This document shows, in pieces, positions 56,204-64,000 of a stretch of DNA of 64,000 nt; within the stretch, counting starts at the first letter, position 1, and every line of letters begins with the position of its first letter. The notes under the pieces are model-generated. The model was not told the DNA's origin and did no database searches. It saw only the letters and a list, made by a program, of their open reading frames with translations. Position numbers and translations under genes: made by a program. Source of the stretch: an uncultured Acidobacteriota bacterium (GTDB lineage: Bacteria; Acidobacteriota; Polarisedimenticolia; J045); contig CAVPCQ010000011.1 of NCBI GenBank assembly GCA_963702425.1, positions 32,001 through 96,000 of the forward strand, given 5' to 3'.

Positions 56204-57322
56204 ATGATCTTCTGTGTTCCCAAGGAGACCCTGCGCCACGAGCATCGCGTGGGCCTGACCCCCTTCGGGGTTTCGCGGCTGGTGAACTACGGCCACGAGG
56301 TCTACGTCGAGCACGACGCGGGAAAGGACAGCCACTTCGCCGACCAGGACTTCGCAACGGCCGGCGCGTCGATCGTCTACAGCCGCGAGGAGGCCTTCGG
56401 CCGCGCCGACGTGCTCTGCCGCGTCGGCCAGATGACCGCCGAGGAGATCGAGCACCTGAAGCCCGGCGCCACCGTGATGGGCTTCCTGCACCTCGCCGTC
56501 ACGCCGCGCGACGCGATCCAGAAGGCCATGGAGCAGGGCCTCACCATGATCGGCTACGAGGTCATCGAGGACACCGACGCCAACCACCCGGTGCTGCGTC
56601 CGATGTCGGAGATCGCCGGCCACATGGTCGTGCACATCGCGGCTCACCTCCTGGAGTACGAATCGGGCGGCCGCGGCCTGATCCTGGGGAACGTCCCGGC
56701 GATCCCGCCGGCAACGGTCGTCGTGATCGGCGCCGGCACCGTCGGCTGGACGGCAGCGCGGATCGCGCTCGCGAACGGCGCCCACGTGATCGTGCTCGAC
56801 CAGCGGGTCCACCGCCTGCGCCGCGCGCTGACGCACGGTTGCGAGCAGGCGGTCACCGCGCTCGCCACGCCGCGCAACGTCGGCCGCTTCACGGCGATCG
56901 CCGACGTCGTGATCGGCGCCGTGCTCGTCCCGGGCGGCCGGGCGCCCTACCTCGTCTCCGAGGACATGGTCAAGCGGATGAAGCCGGGCGCGGTCGTGGT
57001 CGACCTCTCGATCGACCAGGGGGGCTGCGTCGAGACCAGCCGCCCCACCACGCCGGACCGGCCGACCTTCAAGGTCCACGGGGTCACCCACTACTGCGTG
57101 CCGAACATGACCGCCAACGCCCCCCGCACGGCGTCGCGGGCGATGGTGATCGCGGCCCTTCCCTACCTCGAAATGCTCGCCTCGGAGGGACTCGCGGGAG
57201 CGCTGAAGCGCGACCCGGGCTTCGCGCGCGGGACCTACCTCTACCAGGGATCGATGGTTCACGAGACCGCCGGCCAGGCGCTCGGCCTTCCCACCAGCCG
57301 CCTGTCCGAGCTGCTCGGCTGA
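56204..57322 (+). CDS. ald: Alanine dehydrogenase-like protein
   Basis: VPKE..HEHRVGLTP, PMSEIAG, GAGTVG, IDQGGCVETS, HYCVPNM; AAGGAG RBS. Confidence 0.8.
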   Translation: MIFCVPKETLRHEHRVGLTPFGVSRLVNYGHEVYVEHDAGKDSHFADQDFATAGASIVYSREEAFGRADVLCRVGQMTAEEIEHLKPGATVMGFLHLAVTPRDAIQKAMEQGLTMIGYEVIEDTDANHPVLRPMSEIAGHMVVHIAAHLLEYESGGRGLILGNVPAIPPATVVVIGAGTVGWTAARIALANGAHVIVLDQRVHRLRRALTHGCEQAVTALATPRNVGRFTAIADVVIGAVLVPGGRAPYLVSEDMVKRMKPGAVVVDLSIDQGGCVETSRPTTPDRPTFKVHGVTHYCVPNMTANAPRTASRAMVIAALPYLEMLASEGLAGALKRDPGFARGTYLYQGSMVHETAGQALGLPTSRLSELLG

Positions 57323-57351
57323 CCGCCGGGCGCGTTGCAGGAGAAGAGACC

Positions 57352-58647
57352 ATGCAGTGGCTCGATGACTACCGCCGCAAGCTCCGCACCGCGGACGAGG
57401 CGGTTCGACTGATCAAGAGCGGCGACCGCGTCTACTACGGCGGCAACGCCGCGATCCCGCAGGGACTGGTCCACGCGCTCGGTGCCCGCCACCAGGAACT
57501 CCACGACGTCCAGCTGGTGCACGTCCTGCTGCTGGGCGACGACCCGCTGTCTCGGCCCGAGATGGAAGGGCACTTCCGTCACAACTCGCTGTTCGTCGGG
57601 CCGGCCGACCGCGAGGCGGTCAACGACGGCCGCGCCGATTACGTGCCGGTCTTCCTGTACCAGATCCCGCGGCTGTTCAACGAGAAGCTGATCCCGCTCG
57701 ACGTGACGATGCTGATGGTCTCGCCGCCGGACGAGCACGGGTTCATGAGCTTCGGCGTGGAAACGATGAACGCGCGCGCCGCCGCGGGCTGCGCCAAGCA
57801 CGTCATCGTCCAGGTCAACGACAAGATGCCGCGCATCCTGGGCGACTCGTTCATTCACGTCAGCCGCGTCCATGCGATCGTCGAGCACCACCAGGCGCTG
57901 CCGGAACTGAAGCCGCACGCGATCAGCGACGTCGAGCGCCGGATCGGCGAGCACATCCGCCCGCTGATCACCGACGGTGCGACGATCCAGATGGGGATCG
58001 GCGGGATTCCCGATGCCGTCTTCGAGACGATGGACGGCCTCAAGGACCTCGGAATCCACACCGAGATGATGTCCGACGGGGCGATGCGCGCGATCGAACG
58101 CGGGATCGTCACCGGGGCCAGGAAGTCGCTCCACCCGGGCAAGGCCGTGATCACGTTCGCGCTCGGCACCGCGGAACTGTACGACTTCCTGAACAACAAC
58201 CCAATGGTCGAGGCCCACCCGGTGGACCACGTCAACGATCCCTGGGTGATCTCGATGAACGACAACCTGGTCGGGATCAACTCCGCGATCGAGATCGACC
58301 TGACGGGCCAGGTCTGCTCGGATTCGATCGGCACGCGGATCTACTCCGGCTTCGGCGGGCAAGTCGACTTCATCCGCGGCGCCGCGCGCTCGAAGGGCGG
58401 CAAGCCGATCATCGCGCTGCCCTCGACGACGGCGAAGAACGTCTCGCGCATCGTCGGGAAGCTGAAGCCGGGCGCGGGGGTCGTCACCTCGCGCGCCGAC
58501 GTGCACTACATCATCACGGAGCACGGCATCGCCTACCTGTTCGGCAAGAACCTTCGTGAGCGGGCCGAGGCGCTGATCGGGATCGCCGACCCGGAACACC
58601 GGGACGAGCTGATCCGCGAGGCGAAGGAGCGCAAGCTCATTCCGTAG
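57352..58647 (+). CDS. Acetyl-CoA hydrolase/CoA-transferase (4-hydroxybutyrate CoA-transferase-like)
   Basis: QMGIGGIPDA, GIHTEM, EIDLTGQV, SGFGGQVDF. Confidence 0.92.
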   Translation: MQWLDDYRRKLRTADEAVRLIKSGDRVYYGGNAAIPQGLVHALGARHQELHDVQLVHVLLLGDDPLSRPEMEGHFRHNSLFVGPADREAVNDGRADYVPVFLYQIPRLFNEKLIPLDVTMLMVSPPDEHGFMSFGVETMNARAAAGCAKHVIVQVNDKMPRILGDSFIHVSRVHAIVEHHQALPELKPHAISDVERRIGEHIRPLITDGATIQMGIGGIPDAVFETMDGLKDLGIHTEMMSDGAMRAIERGIVTGARKSLHPGKAVITFALGTAELYDFLNNNPMVEAHPVDHVNDPWVISMNDNLVGINSAIEIDLTGQVCSDSIGTRIYSGFGGQVDFIRGAARSKGGKPIIALPSTTAKNVSRIVGKLKPGAGVVTSRADVHYIITEHGIAYLFGKNLRERAEALIGIADPEHRDELIREAKERKLIP

Positions 58648-58721
58648 GGGCCGCCCTCTGTGGCGGCCCGCATGGCGCGCCTGCCGAAGTCCCGACGACG
58701 GCGCCGTGTACCATGCACGGG

Positions 58722-59306
58722 ATGTCCCCGGATCCGCTCCCGCTGGCGTTCTACCGCCGCCCGGCGCTGCAGGTCGCGCGCGACCTGCTCGGGCGGCGGC
58801 TGTGCCGCCGCCTCCCCGGCGGGCGCGTGCTTGCAGGGCGGATCGTCGAGGTCGAGGCCTACGACGGGCCGGACGACCGGGCCAGCCACGCCCGCGCCGG
58901 GCTCACCGCGCGCACCGCGCCGATGTACGAGGCCGGCGGGATCGCCTACGTCTACCTCGTGTACGGGATGCACCACTGCCTCAACGTCGTCACCGGCACG
59001 GCCGGCTACCCGGCCGCGATCCTGGTCCGTGCCGCGGAGAGCCCGGTACCCGGCGCGTCGGCCTCGGGCCCCGGGCGGCTGACGCGCGTCTTCGCGATCG
59101 ACCGCGCGCTCGACGGCGCGCCGCTGTCCGGCCCCGAGCTGTGGCTCGAGGCGGGTGAGCCGGTCCCCGACCGACTGGTCGCGCGGACCCCGCGGATCGG
59201 CGTCGACTACGCCGGCCCGTGGGCGCGGCGGCGGATGCGGATGGTGATCAAGGGGCACCCGGCGGTGTCGCGCGCGCCGCGCGCGAAGCGACCGTCCGAT
59301 CGGTAG
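58722..59306 (+). CDS. DNA-3-methyladenine glycosylase (MPG/AAG family)
   Basis: GRIVEVEAY, AYVYLVYGMHHCLNVV, ILVRA, GPGRL, PRIGV. Confidence 0.93.
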   Translation: MSPDPLPLAFYRRPALQVARDLLGRRLCRRLPGGRVLAGRIVEVEAYDGPDDRASHARAGLTARTAPMYEAGGIAYVYLVYGMHHCLNVVTGTAGYPAAILVRAAESPVPGASASGPGRLTRVFAIDRALDGAPLSGPELWLEAGEPVPDRLVARTPRIGVDYAGPWARRRMRMVIKGHPAVSRAPRAKRPSDR

Positions 59307-59381
59307 GGGCCGGCCTCCGTGCCGGCCCGACCCTATACTCACCGGTCCCTGCCGCCCCGCGGCCCTGCCGGTGAGGATCCG

Positions 59382-60545
59382 ATGGCCTCTCCCAACCCGC
59401 TCGACTTCTTCGACGTTCGCTCGCTGCTCACCGACGAGGAGCAGGCGGTCCAGGACGCGGTCGCGCGCTTCGTCGACGAACAGGTGATCCCGGGCGCAGG
59501 CGACTGCTTCGAACAGGAGCGGTTCCCGGTCGAGCTGGTACCCCAGCTGGCCGAACTGGGCCTGTTCGGCGTCAGCATGCAGGGCTACGGCGGCGCCGGG
59601 ATGAACTCGGTCTGCTACGGCCTGGTCTGCCACGAGCTGGAGCGCGGCGACTCGGGCCTGCGCAGCTTCGTCTCGGTGCAGTCGAGCCTGTGCATGTTCC
59701 CGATCCACCGCTACGGCAGCGAGGAGCAGAAACATCGCTGGCTCCCGGCGATGGCCGCCGGAACGGCGCTCGGCTGCTTCGGCCTGACCGAGCCCGATGG
59801 CGGCTCCGACCCCGGCATGATGAAGACGCACGCGCGGCGCGACGGGTCGGACTGGGTGGTCAACGGCGCCAAGATGTGGATCACCAGCGGCACGCTGGCC
59901 GACGTCGCGGTCGTCTGGGCGATGACCGAGGACGGCGTTCGCGGCTTCCTGGTCGAGCGCGGGACGAAGGGCTACGTGGCGCGCGACATCAAGCACAAGA
60001 TGTCGCTGCGCGCGTCGGTCACCTCGGAACTCTTCTTCGACGACGTGCGGGTGCCGGACTCGGCGCGGCTGCCGGAAGCGGCCGGGCTGGCGGCACCGCT
60101 GTCGTGCCTGACCCAGGCCCGCTACGGGATCGCCTGGGGCGTGCTCGGCGCCGCCTCGGCCTGCCTGGCCGAGTCGCTCGAGTTCGCGGCCGCGCGGGTG
60201 ATGTTCGGCCGGCCGCTCTCCCATACCCAGACGATCCAGCGCCGGCTCGCCGACATGGCCCGCCGGATCACGACCGGCCGGCTGCTCGCGCTGCAGCTCG
60301 GCCGGCTCAAGGACCAGGGGCGGATGCACCACAGCCAGGTCTCGCTGGCCAAGTGGAACAACGTGCGGCTGGCGCTCGACATCGCCCGCGACGCGCGCGA
60401 TCTGCTCGGAGGGGGCGGGATCACGCTCGATCACCACGCGATCCGTCACATGCTGAACCTCGAGAGCGTCGTGACCTACGAGGGGACGGAGACGATCCAC
60501 GAACTGGTCGTCGGCCGCGAGCTGACGGGGGTGGCCGCCTTCTAG
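59382..60545 (+). CDS. Acyl-CoA dehydrogenase (glutaryl-CoA dehydrogenase-like)
   Basis: ELERGDSGLRSFVSVQSSL, GCFGLTEPDGGSDP, KMSLRAS, TYEGT. Confidence 0.92.
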   Translation: MASPNPLDFFDVRSLLTDEEQAVQDAVARFVDEQVIPGAGDCFEQERFPVELVPQLAELGLFGVSMQGYGGAGMNSVCYGLVCHELERGDSGLRSFVSVQSSLCMFPIHRYGSEEQKHRWLPAMAAGTALGCFGLTEPDGGSDPGMMKTHARRDGSDWVVNGAKMWITSGTLADVAVVWAMTEDGVRGFLVERGTKGYVARDIKHKMSLRASVTSELFFDDVRVPDSARLPEAAGLAAPLSCLTQARYGIAWGVLGAASACLAESLEFAAARVMFGRPLSHTQTIQRRLADMARRITTGRLLALQLGRLKDQGRMHHSQVSLAKWNNVRLALDIARDARDLLGGGGITLDHHAIRHMLNLESVVTYEGTETIHELVVGRELTGVAAF

Positions 60546-60593
60546 CCCTCACTCGCCTCGCTCGGCACGCCCGGACGGCGCTATGATGCGCCC

Positions 60594-60938
60594 ATGCCGG
60601 CGAAGAAGACGCTCTTCCGCGTCGCGTTCCACAACCAGGGTCAGCTGTACGAGGTCTATGCCCGGCGCGTGAGCCACGGCGAGATCCTGGGTTTCGTCGA
60701 GGTCGAGGGGCTGGCCTTCGGGGCCAAGGGGACGCTCGTCGTCGACCCCTCCGAGGAGCGGCTCCAGCGCGAGTTCGAGGGGGTCCGGCGCTTCTTCGTG
60801 CCGCTGCACGCCGTGGTGCGGATCGACGAGGTCGAGAAGGAAGGGCCGGCGCGCATTCTCGAGGCCGCCAAGGGGGCCACCGTCGCGCCCTTCCCGGTGC
60901 CGCTGATCCGGCCCGAAGCGCCGCCGTCCAAGTCCTGA
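60594..60938 (+). CDS. DUF1820 family protein
   Basis: FHNQGQLYEVYAR, VVDPSEERL..EF.GV, IDEVEKEG. Confidence 0.85.
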   Translation: MPAKKTLFRVAFHNQGQLYEVYARRVSHGEILGFVEVEGLAFGAKGTLVVDPSEERLQREFEGVRRFFVPLHAVVRIDEVEKEGPARILEAAKGATVAPFPVPLIRPEAPPSKS

Positions 60939-60954
60939 CCAGAGAGGTGTGCCG

Positions 60955-63261
60955 ATGATCCGGTTCCGCATGCTCGCTGCCCTCGCCGTCCTGGCCGCGC
61001 TGTCGTCGCCCGCGCGCGCCCAGCAGCCGGCTCCCGTGCCGGCCGAAGTGTCGGGCCCGGTCGTGGTCACGCCGGGGCCGCCCCCGGCGCCGGCCCCGGA
61101 CGCGACCGTCCCGCCCGAGCTGGGCCGTCGCCCCAAGGTCGGTCTCGTGCTCTCCGGCGGCGGCGCGCGCGGCGCGGCGCACGTCGGCGTCCTGCGCGTG
61201 CTGCGCGAGCTGCGGATCCCGATCGACTACATCGCCGGCACGAGCATGGGCTCGATCGTCGGCGGCCTGTACGCCAGCGGGATGTCGGTCGAGGAGCTGG
61301 AGGAGGTCGTCGACACGACCGACTGGTTCGACGTCTTCAACGACTCCTCGCGGCGCCAGTACCTGTCGTTCCGCCGCAAGCAGGACGACGTCCAGGTGCT
61401 GTCGCCGATCCGGATCGGGATCGAGAAGGGGAAGGCACCGTTCCCGGCGGGCCTGATCACCGGCCAGAAGGTGAGCGGCATGCTGCGCGACTACGCGATC
61501 ACCGCCGCCGGAATCGAGAGCTTCAACGATCTGCCGATCCCGTTCACCGCGGTGGCGACCGACCTGGCCACGGGCGAGATGGTCCTGCTCCGCAGCGGGA
61601 GCCTGGCGGAGGCGATGCGCGCGAGCATGTCGGTCCCGGGCGTGTTCACCCCGGTCGAGATCGACGGCCGGCACCTGGTCGATGGCGGGCTGGTGCGCAA
61701 CCTCCCGGTCGACGTCGTTCGCGCGATGGGAGCGGAGGTCGTGATCGCCGTCGACATCAGCACCCCGCTCGCCGACATCAAGGAGATCAGGACGTTCCTC
61801 AACGTGACCGGGCAGATGAACGGGTTCCAGACCCGCAAGAACGTGCTGGAGCAGATCGAGACGCTCGGTCCGCAGGACACCTTGATCGTGCCCGCGCTGG
61901 AGGGGATCAGCGCCGGGAGCTTCGAGCCCGAGAAGCTCGAACTGGCGATCGAGTCCGGCGAGGAGGCCGCGCGGCAGCACGCCACGGAACTCGAGCGGCT
62001 GGCCGTGTCCCCCGAGGACTACGCCGCCTACCAGAAGCGCCATTTTCGGAACACGACCCGGGTCGTCCAGATCCGCAAGGTCGATGTCTCCAACGATTCG
62101 CACCTGGACTCGCGTGTCCTGCTCGCCCGCGTGAGGGTCAGGCCTGACGCGCCGCTCGACCTGTCGATCCTCAACGCCGACCTGGCCCGGCTGTACGAGC
62201 TGGACGCCTTCGAGCTGGTCGACTACATCCTGATTCCGGTCGAGGGCGAAAAGAACAGGTTCGACCTCCTGATCCGAGCGAAGGCCAAGACCTGGGCCCG
62301 CCACTACCTCCGCGTCGGCCTCAGCCTGGTCTCGGACCTGACCGGATACGGGGAGTTCACCGCCCTCGGCTCGTACACCATGACCCAGCTCAACGGGCTC
62401 GGGGCGGAGTGGCGGACCTACGCGGGGGTCGGGACCAGGCCCCTGATCGAGACCGAGTTCTACCAGCCGATCGACTGGGCCGGTCACTGGTTCGTCTCGG
62501 CCGCCGGGGGCTGGCGCCGCGTCCCCTACCCGGTCGTCAGCCTGGACAACCTGATCATCGACTTCGAGCTCGATCGCGCCGCGGTCTACGCCGACATCGG
62601 CCGCCAGTTCGGCCGCTACGCAGAACTGCGCCTCGGCGTCGTTCAGGCCTGGCGCACGGCGAGGCTTCAGACGCTCGAACCGGGCGCGATAGAGCTCGAC
62701 AGCAACCCGCTCGCCGGGAGGCTGCGTTTCGACTGGGACACGCTGGACAACGTCAACTTCCCGCGCCACGGACTGCGGTCGATCCTCGAGGGGCAGTACG
62801 CCTTCAACGGCGGCGTCGACGACGACTCGTTCGAGACGGCCGAGTTGCAGGTCAATGGCGCGTTCAGCTTCGGCAAGAACACCTTCGTCCCGGGGATGCG
62901 GGCCGGGTGGGCGGGAGGCGCGCCGACGATCTTCGACCAGTACTCGTTCGGCGGCCTCTTCAACCTCTCCGGATACGGCGCGCAGCGCTATTTCGGCACG
63001 AAGGCGGTGCTGGCGAAGCTGATCTACTACCGAAGGCTGCTCGAACTCCCGGCCCAGCTCGGATCGGGGATCTACGCCGGCGTCGGGGTCGATGGGGCCT
63101 ACTCGAAGGACCCCGTGGCCGGGGCCCCGACGGATGGCTGGAAGGGCTCGGCCTCCGCCTTCGTCGGCGCCGATACGCTGATCGGCCCCCTTTACGTTGC
63201 CTACGGCATCTCGTCGGACGGGGTGGACTCGTTCTACCTGTTCCTCGGCCGGCTGTTCTGA
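60955..63261 (+). CDS. Patatin-like phospholipase with POTRA-like linker and beta-barrel (PlpD / type Vd-like)
   Basis: SGGGARG, GTSMG, DGG; C-terminal barrel ending YLFLGRLF. Confidence 0.9.
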   Translation: MIRFRMLAALAVLAALSSPARAQQPAPVPAEVSGPVVVTPGPPPAPAPDATVPPELGRRPKVGLVLSGGGARGAAHVGVLRVLRELRIPIDYIAGTSMGSIVGGLYASGMSVEELEEVVDTTDWFDVFNDSSRRQYLSFRRKQDDVQVLSPIRIGIEKGKAPFPAGLITGQKVSGMLRDYAITAAGIESFNDLPIPFTAVATDLATGEMVLLRSGSLAEAMRASMSVPGVFTPVEIDGRHLVDGGLVRNLPVDVVRAMGAEVVIAVDISTPLADIKEIRTFLNVTGQMNGFQTRKNVLEQIETLGPQDTLIVPALEGISAGSFEPEKLELAIESGEEAARQHATELERLAVSPEDYAAYQKRHFRNTTRVVQIRKVDVSNDSHLDSRVLLARVRVRPDAPLDLSILNADLARLYELDAFELVDYILIPVEGEKNRFDLLIRAKAKTWARHYLRVGLSLVSDLTGYGEFTALGSYTMTQLNGLGAEWRTYAGVGTRPLIETEFYQPIDWAGHWFVSAAGGWRRVPYPVVSLDNLIIDFELDRAAVYADIGRQFGRYAELRLGVVQAWRTARLQTLEPGAIELDSNPLAGRLRFDWDTLDNVNFPRHGLRSILEGQYAFNGGVDDDSFETAELQVNGAFSFGKNTFVPGMRAGWAGGAPTIFDQYSFGGLFNLSGYGAQRYFGTKAVLAKLIYYRRLLELPAQLGSGIYAGVGVDGAYSKDPVAGAPTDGWKGSASAFVGADTLIGPLYVAYGISSDGVDSFYLFLGRLF

Positions 63262-63288
63262 TCGTCCGGCGGGCGGCCGGGGCGCCCG

Positions 63289-63564
63289 CTACGCGCCCCG
63301 GTCCCCGCGGACCTTCGGACCGGTCGACCCGTGGTGGCCGTGGGTGTCGGTGTGGAGCGTGCCCGACGACCCGCCGGTCCCGTGGGCCTGCTCCCCTTCG
63401 GCGAGCAGCTCGACCTGGCCGGCCTCGATCAATTTCGAGACGCCCGGCGCGTCGATGGCGTCGTCGGCGATCTGGCCCGATTTTCCGGGGCCGAGGCGAA
63501 GCACCTTGCCGCGCGGGAGACGCACCGCGAGGGGCGGAACGGTCCTGTTCACGATCGTTCTCAT
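63289..63564 (-). CDS. Small hypothetical protein
   Basis: GAGGAG RBS before ATG; MRTIVNRT..LPRGKVLRLGP. Confidence 0.6.
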   Translation of the reverse strand: MRTIVNRTVPPLAVRLPRGKVLRLGPGKSGQIADDAIDAPGVSKLIEAGQVELLAEGEQAHGTGGSSGTLHTDTHGHHGSTGPKVRGDRGA

Positions 63565-63608
63565 CGAATACGCTCCTCTTCACTGGGTGCGAGGGGATCG
63601 TACGCCGA

Positions 63609-63945
63609 TCAGCCGATTCCGAACAGGCGCGTCAGGAGCGGCACCCCGGCCGACGCGACGATCGCGCTGGCCAGGTCGAGCAGCGTCCCAAGGCGCAGCA
63701 TGACCGTGATCGGCACGCAGCCCGAGCCGTAGACGATCGCGTTGGGCGGCGTCGAGACCGGCAGCATGAAAGCCATCGAGGCCCCGAGCGCGACCGCCAT
63801 CGCGGGCGGCACCGGGCTGACGCCGGCGGCCTGGGCCGCGGCGATCGCCAGCGGGGCGACGATCGTCGCCGCCGCGGTGTTGGAGGTCGTCTCGGTCAGG
63901 ACGATCGCGAGGAGCGTGAACGGCACGGTCAGGGCCGCCAGCGAG
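63609..63945 (-). CDS. SLC13/DASS family permease, C-terminal fragment
   Basis: TETTSNTA, ASMAFMLPVSTPPNAIVYG. Confidence 0.85.
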
Positions 63946-64000
63946 GGCTTCCTGGTCGAGCGCGGGACGAGGGGCTACCTCGCGCGCGACATCAAGCGCA
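63946..64000 (+). repeat. 55-bp near-copy of an internal acyl-CoA dehydrogenase segment (59943-59997)
   Basis: 51/55 identical by manual alignment. Confidence 0.85.

Overview
Very GC-rich bacterial chromosomal segment with about 40 genes. An Acidobacteriota-like diderm is inferred from the gene content (EfpL, Thr-type sulfatase-TPR, large S8 protease, PlpD). Contents in order: ppk1 3' end; TetR-TolC-RND-MFP efflux operon; secreted tetraheme c-type cytochrome; a 4.7-kb insert bounded by perfect 92-bp direct repeats in the 3' end of a cupin gene; B12 radical SAM; tricorn protease; a MITE/REP-like element; ettA; sulfatase-TPR; Uma2; MATE; a 2456-aa S8 protease; mtgA; aminotransferase; Fur; POT transporter; gmhA coupled to a Cas4/Dna2-like nuclease plus Upf1-like helicase pair; rhomboid; an MBOAT/flippase/sulfotransferase/SGNH glycan-modification cluster; pnp; acyl-CoA ligase; efpL; ald-like gene plus CoA transferase; MPG; acyl-CoA dehydrogenase; PlpD-like autotransporter; truncated DASS permease. 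Many apparent small-indel frameshifts and two noisy stretches point to an under-polished long-read assembly. No rRNA, tRNA, CRISPR array, integrase or transposase was recognised. Best leads: a shared C-terminal domain on two unrelated secreted proteins (candidate sorting signal), the split Dna2-like nuclease/helicase, the sulfated and acylated glycan module, and the direct-repeat-flanked insert.
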